A stretch of DNA of 64,000 nucleotides from Eledone cirrhosa. Lineage: Eukaryota. The notes under the pieces are model-generated. The model saw nothing but the letters and a program-made list of their open reading frames with translations, had not been told where the DNA came from and made no database searches. The translations under genes and the position numbers were made by a program. This document shows, in pieces, positions 40,686-53,500 of the stretch (positions are counted from its first letter, which is position 1; each line of letters begins with the position of its first letter). The stretch is from NCBI GenBank assembly GCA_964016885.1, contig OZ024743.1, positions 219,728,001 to 219,792,000 of the forward strand, written 5' to 3'.

Positions 40686-43600
40686 CCGAATAGAATGTTG
40701 TTAGAACGCCAGATAGATTGTTGTTAGAACGCCAGATAGAATGTTGTTACAACGCCAGATAGAATGTAGTTAGAACGCCAGATAGAATCTTGTTAGAACG
40801 CCAGATAGAATGATGTATGAACGCCAGATAGAATGTTGTATGAATGCCAGATAGAACGTTGTTAGAACGCCAAATAGAATGTTGTATGAACACCGGATAG
40901 AATGTTGTATGAACGCCAGATAGAATGTTGTTACAACGCCAGATAGAATGTTGTTAGAACGCCAGATAGAATTTTGTTAGAACGCCAGATAGAATGATCT
41001 ATGAACGCCAGATAGAATGATGTATGAACGCCAGATAGAACGTTGTTAGAACGCCAGATAGAATGTTGTATGAACGCCAGATAGAACGTTGTTAGAACGC
41101 CAGATAAAATGTTGTATGAACGCCAGATAGAATGTTGTTAGAACGCCAGATAGAATGCTGTATATAACGCCAGATAAAATATTGTGTGAACGCCAGATAG
41201 AATGTTGTATGAACGCCAGATAGAATGTTGTTAGAACACCAGATAGAATGCTGTTAGAACGCCAGATAAAATGTTGTATGAACGCCAGATAGAATGATGT
41301 ATGAACGCCAGATAGAATGTTGTATGAACGCCAGATAGAATATTGTATGAACGCCAGATAGAATGTTGTATGAACGCCAGATAGAATGTGTTAGAACGCC
41401 AGATAGAATGCTGTTAGAACGCCAGATAGCATGCTGTTAGAACGCCAGATAAAATGTTGTATGAACGCCAGATAAAATGTTGTATGAACGCCAGATAGAA
41501 TGTTGTTACAACGCCAGATAGAATGTTGTATGAACGCAAGATAGAATGTTGTATGAACGCCAGATAGAATGTTGTATGAACGCCAGATAGAATGCTGTTA
41601 GAACGCCAGATAGCATGCTGTTAGAACGCCAGATAAAATGTTGTATGAACGCCAGATAGAATGTTGTTAGAACGCCTGATAGAATGTTGTATGAACGCCA
41701 GATAGAATGTTGTATGAACGTCAGATAGAATGTTGTTAGACCGCCACATAGAATGATGTATGAACGCCTGATAGAATGTTGTATGAACGCCAGATAGAAT
41801 GCTGTATGAACGCCAGATAGAATGTTGTATGAATGCCAGATAGAATGTTGTTAGAACACCAGATAGAATGTTGTTAGAACGCCAGATAGAATGTTTTATG
41901 AACGCTAGACAGAATGTTGTTACAACACCAGATAGAATGTTGTTAGAACCCCAGATAGAATGTTGTTAGAACGCCAGATAGAATGTTGTATGAACGCCAG
42001 ATAGAATATTGTATGAACGCCAGATAGAATGTTGTATGAACGCCAGATAGAACGTGTTAGAACGCCAGATAGAATGCTGTTAGAACGCCAGATAGCATGC
42101 TGTTAGAACGCCAGATAAAATGTTGTATGAACGCCAGATAAAATGTTGTATGAACGCCAGATAGAATGTTGTTAGAACGCCTGATAGAATGTTGTATGAA
42201 CGCCAGATAGAATGTTGCTAAAACGCCAGATAGAATGTTGTTAGAATCCAGATAGAATTTTGTTAGAACGCCAGATAGAATGATGTATGAACGCCAGATA
42301 GAATGTTGTATGAACGCCAGATAGAACGTTGTTAGAACGCCAAATAGAATGTTGTATGGACACCGGATAGAATGTTGTTAGAACGCCGAATAGAATGTTG
42401 TTAGAACGACAGATAGAATGTTGTAAGAACGCCGGATAGAATGTTGTTAGAACGCCAGATAGAATGTTGTTAGAACGCCAGATAGAATTTTGTAATAACG
42501 CCAGATAGAATGATGTTAAAACGCCAGATAAAATGTTGTTAGAACACCAGATAGAATGTTGTATGAACGCCAGATAGAATGTTGTATGAACGCCAGATAG
42601 TATGTTGTATGAACGCCAGATAGAATTTTGTTAGAACGCCAGATAGAATGTTGTATGAACGCCAGATAGAATGTTGTATGAACGCCAGATAGAATGTTGT
42701 TAGAACGCCAGATAGAATGTTGTATGAACGCCAGATAGAATGTTGTTAAAACGCCAAATAGAATGTTGTTACAACGCCAGATAGAATGTTGTTAGAACGC
42801 CAGATAGAATTTTGTTAGAACGCCAGATAGAATGTTGTATGAACACCGGATAGAACGTTGTTAGAACGCCGAATAGAACTTTGTTAGAACGCCAGATAGA
42901 ATTTTGTATGAACGCCAGATAGAATGTTGTATGAAGGTCATATAGAATGTTGTTAGAACGCCAGATAGAATGTTATTAGTACGCAAGATAGAATGTTGTA
43001 TGAACGCCAGATAGAATGTTGTATGAACGCCAGATAGAATTTTGTTAGAACGCCAGATAGAATGTTGTATGAACGCCAGATAGAATGTTGTATGAACGCC
43101 AGATAGAATGTTGTATGAACGCCAGATAGAATGTTGTATGAACGCCAGATAGAATGTTGTATGAACACCGGATAGAATGTTGTTAGAACGCCGAATAGAA
43201 TGTTGTTAGAACGCCAGATAGAATGTTGTTAGAACGCCAGATAGAATGTTGTTACAACGCCAGATAGAATGTAGTTAGAACGCCAGATAGAATCTTGTTA
43301 GAACGCCAGATAGAATGTTGTATGAACGCCAGATAGAATGTTGTATGAACGCCGAATAGAATGTTGTTAGAACGCCAGATAGAATGTTGTTAGAACGCCG
43401 AATAGAATGTTGTTAGAACGCCGAATAGAATGTTGTTAGAACGCCAGATAGAATGTTGTATGAACGCCAGATAGAATGTTGTATGAACGCCGAATAGAAT
43501 GTTGTTAGAACGCCAGATAGAATGTTGTTAGAACGCCGAATAGAATGTTGTTAGAACGCCGAATAGAATGTTGTTAGAACGCCAGATAGAATGTTGTTAG

Positions 43601-46600
43601 AACGCCAGATAGAATGTTGTTAGAACGCTACATAGAATGTTGTTAGAATGCCGGATAGAAGTTTGTTAGAACGCCAGATAGAATGTTGTATGAACGCCAG
43701 ATAGAATGTTGTTAAAACGCCAGATAGAATGTTGTTAAAACGCCAGATCGAATGTTGTTATAACGCCAGATAAAATGTTGTGTGAACGCCAGATAGAATG
43801 TAGTATGAACGCCAGATAGAATGTTGTTAGAACGCCACATAGAATGTTGTTAGAACGCCAGATAGAATGTTGTATGAACGCCAAATAAAATGTTGTTAAA
43901 ACGTCAGATAGAATGTTGTTAGAACGCCAGATAAAATGTTATTAGTACGCCAGATAGAATGTTGTATGAACGCCAGATAGAATGTTGTTAGAACACCAGA
44001 TAGAATGTTGTTTTAACGCCAGATAGAATGTTGTATGAACGCCTGATAGAATGTTGTTACAACGCCAGAGAGAATGTTGTTAGAATGCCAGATAGAATTT
44101 TGTTAGAACGCCAGATAGAATGATGTATGAACGCCAGATAGAATGTTGTTAGAACGGCAGATAGAATGCTGTTATAACGCCAGATAGAATGTTCTTAGAA
44201 CGCCAAATAGAATGTTCTTAGAACGCCAGATAGAATGTTGTATGGACGCCAGATAGAATGTTGTTAAAATGCCAGATAGAATGTTGTATGAACGCCAGAT
44301 AGAATGTTGTTAGAACGCCAGAAAGAATGATGTATGAACGCCAGATAGAATGCTGTATGAACGCCAGATAGAACGTTGTTAGAACGCCAGATAGAATGTT
44401 GTTAGAACGCCAGATAGAATGTTATTAGTACGCCAGATAGAATGTTGTATGAACGCCAGATAGAATGTTGTTAGAACGGCAGATAGAATGCTGTTATAAC
44501 GCCAGATAGAATGTTCTTAGAACGCCAAATAGAATGTTCTTAGAACGCCAGATAGAATGTTGTATGAACGCCAGATAGAATCTTGTTAAAATGCCAGATA
44601 GAATGTTGTATGAACGCCATATAGAATGTTGTTACAACGCCAGATAGAATGTTGATAGAACGCCAGATAGAATGTTGTTAGAACGCCAGATAGAACGTTG
44701 TTAGAACGCCAGATAGAATGTTGTTAGAACACCAGATAGAATGTTGTTAGAACGCCAGATAGAACGTTGTTAGAACGCCAGATAGAATGTTATTAGAACG
44801 CCAGATAGAATGTTATTAGTACGCCAGATAGAATGTTGTATGAACGCCAGATAGAATGTTGTATGAACGCCAGATAGAATGTTGTTAGAACGCCAGATAG
44901 AATTTCGTTAGAACGCCAGATAGAATGATGTATGAACGCCAGATAGAATGTTGTATGAACGCCAGATAGAACGTTGTTAGAACGCCAGATAGAATGTTGT
45001 ATGAACACCGGATAGAATGTTGTTAGAACGCCGAATAGAATGTTGTTAGAACGACAGATAGAATGTTGTATGAACGCCGGATAGAATGTTGTTAGAACGC
45101 CAGATAGAATATTGTTACAACGCCAGATAGAATGTTGTATGAACGCCAGAGAGAATGATGTTAAAACTCCAGATAGAATGTTGTTAGAACACCAGATAGA
45201 ATGTTGTATGAACGCCAGATAGAATGTTGTATGAACGCCAGATAGAATGTTGTATGAACGCCAGATAGAATGTTGTTAGAACGCCAGATAGAATGTTGTA
45301 TGAACGCCAGATAGAATGTTGTATAAATGCCAGATAGAATATTGTTAGAACGCCAGATAGAATGTTGTATGAACACCGGATAGAATGTTGTTAGAACGTC
45401 GAATAGAATGTTGTTAGAACGCCAGATAGAATGTTGTATGAAGGCCAGATAGAATGTTGTTATAACGCCAGATAAAATGCTTTGTGAACGCCAGATAGAA
45501 TGTTGTATGAACGCCAGATAGAATGTTGTTAGAACGCCACATAGAATGTTGTTAGAACGCCAGATAGAATGTTGTATGAACACCAGATAGAATGTTGTAT
45601 GAACGCCAGATAGAATGTTGTTAGAACACCAGATAGAATGTTGTTAGAACGCCAGAAAGAATGTTGCTACAACGCCAGATAGAATGTTGTTAGAACGCCA
45701 GATTGAATTTTGTTAGAACGCCAGATAGAATGATGTATGAACGCCAGATAGAATGTTGTATGAACGCCAGATAGAACTTTGTTAGAACGCCAGATAGAAT
45801 GTTGTATGAAAACCGGATAGAACGTTGTTAGAACGCCGAATAGAATGTTGTTAGAACGACAGATAGAATGTTGTATGAACGCCGGATAGAATGTTGTTAG
45901 AACACCGGATAGAATGTTGTTAGAACGCCGAATAGATTGTTGTTAGAACACCAGATAGAATGCTGTTAGAACGCCAGATAAAATGTTGTATGAACGCCAG
46001 ATAGAATGTGTTAGACCGCCACATAGAATTATGTATGAACGCCAGATAGAATGTTGTATGAACGCCAGATAGAATATTGTATGAACGCCAGATATAATGT
46101 TGTATGAACGCCGGATAGAATGTTGTTAGAACACCGGATAGAATGTGTTAGAACGCCAGATAGAATGCTGTTAGAACGCCAGATAGCATGCTGTTAGAAC
46201 GCCAGATAAAATGTTGTATGAACGCCAGATAAAATGTTGTATGAACGCCAGATAGAATGTTGTTAGAACGCCAGATAGAATGTTGTATGAACGCCAGATA
46301 GAATGTTGTATGAACGCCAGATAGAATGTTGTATGAACGCCAGATAGAATGTTGTATGAACGCCAGATAGAATGTTGTATGAACGACAGATAGAATGCTG
46401 TTAGAACGCCAGATAGCATGCTGTTAGAACGCCAGATAAAATGTTGTATGAACGCCAGATAGAATGTTGTTAGAACGCCTGATAGAATGTTGTATGAACG
46501 CCAGATAGAATGTTGTATGAACGTCAGATAGAATGTTGTTAGACCGCCACATAGAATGATGTATGAACGCCTGATAGAATGTTGTATGAACGCCAGATAG

Positions 46601-47599
46601 AATGATGTTAGAACGCCAGATAGAATGTTGTTAGACCGCCACATAGAATGTTGTATGAACGCCAGCTAGAATGTTGTATGAACGACAGATAGAATGTTGT
46701 ATGAACGCCAGATAGAATGTTGTATGAATGCCAGATAGAATGTTGTTAGAACACCAGATAGAATGTTGTTAGAACGCCAGATAGAATGTTGTATGAACGC
46801 CAGACAGAATGTTGTTACAACACCAGATAGAATGTTGTTAGAACCCCAGATAGAATGTTGTTAGAACGCCAGATAGAATGTTGTATGAACGCCAGATAGA
46901 ATATTGTATGAACGCCAGATAGAATGTTGTATGAACGCCAGATAGAATGTTGCTAAAACGCCATATAGAATATTGTTAGAATCCAGATAGAATTTTGTTA
47001 AAACGCCAGATAGAATGCTGTTAGAACGCCAGATAGAATGTTGTATGAACGCCAGATAGAACGTTGTTAGAACGCCAGATAGAATGTTGTATGGACACCG
47101 GATAGAATGTTGTTAGAACGCCGAATAGAATGTTGTTAGAACGACAGATAGAATGTTGTAAGAACGCCGGATAGAATGTTGTTAGAACGCCAGATAGAAT
47201 GTTGTTAGAACGCCAGATAGAATTTTGTAATAACGCCAGATAGAATGATGTTAAAACGCCAGATAAAATGTTGTTAGAACACCAGATAGTATGTTGTATG
47301 AACGCCAGATAGAATGTTGTATGAACGCCAGATAGTATGTTGTATGAACGCCAGATAGAATTTTGTTAGAACGCCAGATAGAATGTTGTATGAACGCCAG
47401 ATAGAATGTTGTATGAACGCCAGATAGAATGTTGTTAGAACGCCAGATAGAATGTTGTTAAAACGCCAAATAGAATGTTGTTACAACGCCAGATAGAATG
47501 TTGTTAGAACGCCAGATAGAATTCTGTTAGAACGCCAGATAGAATGTTGTATGAACACCGGATAGAACGTTGTTAGAACGCCGAATAGAATTTTGTTAG

Positions 47600-50500
47600 A
47601 ACGCCAGATAGAATTTTGTATGAACGCCAGATAGAATGTTGTATGAACGTCATATAGAATGTTGTTAGAACGCCAGATAGAATGTTATTAGTACGCAAGA
47701 TAGAATGTTGTATGAACGCCAGATAGAATGTTGTATGAACGCCAGATAGAATTTTGTTAGAACGCCAGATAGAATGTTGTATGAACGCCAGATAGAATGT
47801 TGTATGAACGCCAGATAGAATGTTGTATGAACGCCAGATAGAATGTTGTATGAACGCCAGATAGAATGTTGTATGAACACCGGATAGAATGTTGTTAGAA
47901 CGCCGAATAGAATGTTGTTAGAACGCCAGATAGAATGTTGTTAGAACGCCAGATAGAATGTTGTTACAACGCCAGATAGAATGTAGTTAGAACGCCAGAT
48001 AGAATCTTGTTAGAACGCCAAATAGAATGATGTATGAACGCCAGATAGAATGTTGTATGAATGCCAGATAGAACGTTGTTAGAACGCCAAATAGAATGTT
48101 GTATGAACACCGGATAGAATGTTGTATGAACGCCAGATAGAATGTTGTTACAACGCCAGATAGAATGTTGTTAGAACGCCAGATAGAATTTTGTTAGAAC
48201 GCCAGATAGAATGATGTATGAACGCCAGATAGAATGATGTATGAACGCCAGATAGAACGTTGTTAGAACGCCAGATAGAATGTTGTATGAACGCCAGATA
48301 GAACGTTGTTAGAACGCCAGATAAAATGTTGTATGAACGCCAGATAGAATGTTGTTAGAACGCCAGATAGAATGCTGTTATAACGCCAGATAAAATATTG
48401 TGTGAACGCCACATAGAATGTTGTATGAACGCCAGATAGAATGTTGTTAGAACACCAGATAGAATGCTGTATGAACGCCAGATAGAATATTGTATGAACG
48501 CCAGATAGAATGTTGTATGAACGCCAGATAGAATTTGTTAGAAGGCCAGATAGAATGCTGTTAGAACGCCAGATAGCATGCTGTTAGAACGCCAGATAAA
48601 ATGTTGTATGAACGCCAGATAAAATGTTGTATGAACGCCAGATAGAATGTTGTTAGAACGCCAGATAGAATGTTGTATGAACGCCAGATAGAATGTTGTA
48701 TGAACGCCAGATAGAATGTTGTATGAACGCCAGATAGAATGCTGTTAGAACGCCAGATAGCATGCTGTTAGAACGCCAGATAAAATGTTGTATGAACGCC
48801 AGATAGAATGTTGTTAGAACGCCTGATAGAATGTTGTATGAACGCCAGATAGAATGTTGTATGAACGTCAGATAGAATGTTGTTAGACCGCCACATAGAA
48901 TGATGTATGAACGCCTGATAGAATGTTGTATGAACGCCAGATAGAATGTTGTATGAACGCCAGATAGAATGTTGTATGAATGCCAGATAGAATGTTGTTA
49001 GAACACCAGATAGAATGTTGTTAGAACGCCAGATAGAATGTTGTATGAACGCCAAACAGAATGTTGTTACAACACCAGATAGAATGTTGTTAGAACCCCA
49101 GATAGAATGTTGTTAGAACGCCAGATAGAATGTTGTATGAACGCCAGATAGAATATTGTATGAACGCCAGATAGAATGTTGTATGAACGCCAGATAGAAT
49201 GTGTTAGAACGCCAGATAGAATGTTGTTAGAACGCCAGATAGCATGCTGTTAGAACGCCAGATAAAATGTTGTATGAACGCCAGATAAAATGTTGTATGA
49301 ACGCCAGATAGAATGTTGTTAGAACGCCTGATAGAATGTTGTATGAACGCCAGATAGAATGTTGCTAAAACGCCAGATAGAATGTTGTTAGAATCCAGAT
49401 AGAATTTTGTTAGAACGCCAGATAGAATGATGTATGAACGCCAGATAGAATGTTGTATGAACGCCAGATAGAACGTTGTTAGAACGCCAGATAGAATGTT
49501 GTATGGACACCGGATAGAATGTTGTTAGAACGCCGAATAGAATGTTGTTAGAACGACAGATAGAATGTTGTAAGAAAGCCGGATAGAATGTTGTTAGAAC
49601 GCCAGATAGAATGTTGTTAGAACGCCAGATAGAATTTTGTAATAACGCCAGATAGAATGATGATAAAACGCCAGATAAAATGTTGTTAGAACACCAGATA
49701 GAATGTTGTATGAACGCCAGATAGAATGTTGTATGAACGCCAGATAGTATGTTGTATGAACGCCAGATAGAATTTTGTTAGAACGCCAGATAGAATGTTG
49801 TATGAACGCCAGATAGAATGTTGTATGAACGCCAGATAGAATGTTGTTAGAACGCCAGATAGAATGTTGTATGAACGCCAGATAGAATGTTGTTAAAACG
49901 CCAAATAGAATGTTGTTACAACGCCAGATAGAATGTTGTTAGAACGCCAGATAGAATTCTGTTAGAACGCCAGATAGAATGTTGTATGAACACCGGATAG
50001 AACGTTGTTAGAACGCCGAATAGAATTTTGTTAGAACGCCAGATAGAATTTTGTATGAACGCCAGATAGAATGTTGTATGAACGTCATATAGAATGTTGT
50101 TAGAACGCCAGATAGAATGTTATTAGTACGCAAGATAGAATGTTGTATGAACGCCAGATAGAATGTTGTATGAACGCCAGATAGAATTTTGTTAGAACGC
50201 CAGATAGAATGTTGTATGAACGCCAGATAGAATGTTGTATGAACGCCAGATAGAATGTTGTATGAACGCCAGATAGAATGTTGTATGAACGCCAGATAGA
50301 ATGTTGTATGAACACCGGATAGAATGTTGTTAGAACGCCGAATAGAATGTTGTTAGAACGCCAGATAGAATGTTGTTAGAACGCCAGATAGAATGTTGTT
50401 ACAACGCCAGATAGAATGTAGTTAGAACGCCAGATAGAATCTTGTTAGAACGCCAGATAGAATGATGTATGAACGACAGATAGAATGTTGTATGAATGCC

Positions 50501-53500
50501 AGATAGAACGTTGTTAGAACGCCAAATAGAATGTTGTATGAACACCGGATAGAATGTTGTATGAACGCCAGATAGAATGTTGTTACAACGCCAGATAGAA
50601 TGTTGTTAGAACGCCAGATAGAATTTTGTTAGAACGCCAGATAGAATGATGTATGAACGCCAGATAGAATGATGTATGAACGCCAGATAGAACGTTGTTA
50701 GAACGCCAGATAGAATGTTGTATGAACGTCAGATAGAACGTTGTTAGAACGCCAGATAAAATGTGGTATGAACGCCAGATAGAATGTTGTTAGAACGCCA
50801 GATAGAATGCTGTTATAACGCCAGATAAAATATTGTGTGAACGCCAGATAGAATGTTGTATGAACGCCAGATAGAATGTTGTTAGAACGCCAGATAGAAT
50901 GTTGTTAGAACGCCACATAGAATGTTGTTAGAACGCCAGATAGAATGTTGTATGAACGCCAAATAGAATGTTGTGAAAACGTCACATAGAATGTTGTTAG
51001 AACGCCAGATAGAATGTTGTATGAACGCCAGATAGAATGTTGTATGAACGCCAGATAGAATGTTGTATGAACGCCAGATAGAATGTTGTATGAACGCCAG
51101 ATAGAATGCTGTTAGAACGCCAGATAGCATGCTGTTAGAACGCCAGATAAAATGTTGTATGAACGCCAGATAGAATGTTGTTAGAACGCCTGATAGAATG
51201 TTGTATGAACGCCAGATAGAATGTTGTATGAACGTCAGATAGAATGTTGTTAGACCGCCACATAGAATGATGTATGAATGCCAGATAGAATGTTGTTAGA
51301 ACACCAGATAGAATGTTGTTAGAACGCCAGATAGAATGTTGTATGAACGCCAGACAGAATGTTGTTACAACACCAGATAGAATGTTGTTAGAACCCCAGA
51401 TAGAATGTTGTTAGAACGCCAGATAGAATGTTGTATGAACGCCAGATAGAATATTGTATGAACGCCAGATAGAATGTTGTATGAACGCCAGATAGAATGT
51501 GTTAGAACGCCAGATAGAATGTTGTTAGAACGCCAGATAGCATGCTGTTAGAACGCCAGATAAAATGTTGTATGAACGCCAGATAAAATGTTGTATGAAC
51601 GCCAGATAGAATGTTGTTAGAACGCCTGATAGAATGTTGTATGAACGCCAGATAGAATGTTGCTAAAACGCCAGATAGAATGTTGTTAGAATCCAGATAG
51701 AATTTTGTTAGAACGCCAGATAGAATGATGTATGAACGCCAGATAGAATGTTGTATGAACGCCAGATAGAACGTTGTTAGAACGCCAGATAGAATGTTGT
51801 ATGAACGCCAGATAGAATGTTGTATGAACGCCAGATAGAATGTTGTATGAACGCCAGATAGAATGCTGTTAGAACGCCAGATAGCATGCTGTTAGAACGC
51901 CAGATAAAATGTTGTATGAACGCCAGATAGAATGTTGTTAGAACGCCAGATAGAATGTTGTATGAACACCGGATAGAACGTTCTTAGAACGCCGAATAGA
52001 ATTTTGTTAGAACGCCAGATAGAATTTTGTATGAACGCCAGATAGAATGTTGTATGAACGTCATATAGAATGTTGTTAGAACGCCAGATAGAATGTTATT
52101 AGTACGCAAGATAGAATGTTGTATGAACGCCAGATAGAATGTTGTATGAACGCCAGATAGAATTTTGTAATAACGCCAGATAGAATGATGATAAAACGCC
52201 AGATAAAATGTTGTTAGAACACCAGATAGAATGTTGTATGAACGCCAGATAGAATGTTGTATGAACGACAGATAGTATGTTGTATGAACGCCAGATAGAA
52301 TTTTGTTAGGACGCCAGATAGAATGTTGTATGAACGCCAGATAGAATGTTGTATGAACGCCAGATAGAATGTTGTTAGAACGCCAGATAGAATGTTGTAT
52401 GAACGCCAGATAGAATGTTGTTAAAACGCCAAATAGAATGTTGTTACAACGCCAGATAGAATGTTGTTAGAACGCCAGATAGAATTTTGTTAGAACGCCA
52501 GATAGAATGTTGTATGAACACCGGATAGAACGTTCTTAGAACGCCGAATAGAATTTTGTTAGAACGCCAGATAGAATTTTGTATGAACGCCAGATAGAAT
52601 GTTGTATGAACGTCATATAGAATGTTGTTAGAACGCCAGATAGAATGTTATTAGTACGCAAGATAGAATGTTGTATGAACGCCAGATAGAATGTTGTATG
52701 AACGCCAGATAGAATTTTGTTAGAACGCCAGATAGAATGTTGTATGAACGCCAGATAGAATGTTGTATGAACGCCAGATAGAATGTTGTATGAACGCCAG
52801 ATAGAATGTTGTATGAACGCCAGATAGAATGTTGTATGAACACCGGATAGAATGTTGTTAGAACGCCGAATAGAATGTTGTTAGAACGCCAGATAGAATG
52901 TTGTTAGAACGCCAGATAGAATGTTGTTACAACGCCAGATAGAATGTAGTTAGAACGCCAGATAGAATCTTGTTAAAACGCCAGATAGAATGATGTATGA
53001 ACGACAGATAGAATGTTGTATGAATGCCAGATAGAACGTTGTTAGAACGCCAAATAGAATGTTGTATGAACACCGGATAGAATGTTGTATGAACGCCAGA
53101 TAGAATGTTGTTACAACGCCAGATAGAATGTTGTGAGAACGCCAGATAGAATTTTGTTAGAACGCCAGATAGAATGATGTATGAACGCCAGATAGAATGA
53201 TGTATGAACGCCAGATAGAACGTTGTTAGAACGCCAGATAGAATGTTGTATGAACGTCAGATAGAACGTTGTTAGTACGCCAGATAAAATGTGGTATGAA
53301 CGCCAGATAGAATGTTGTTAGAACGCCAGATAGAATGCTGTTATAACGCCAGATAAAATATTGTGTGAACGCCAGATAGAATGTTGTATGAACGCCAGAT
53401 AGAATGTTGTTAGAACGCCACATAGAATGTTGTTAGAACGCCAGATAGAATGTTGTATGAACGCCAAATAGAATGTTGTGAAAACGTCACATAGAATGTT

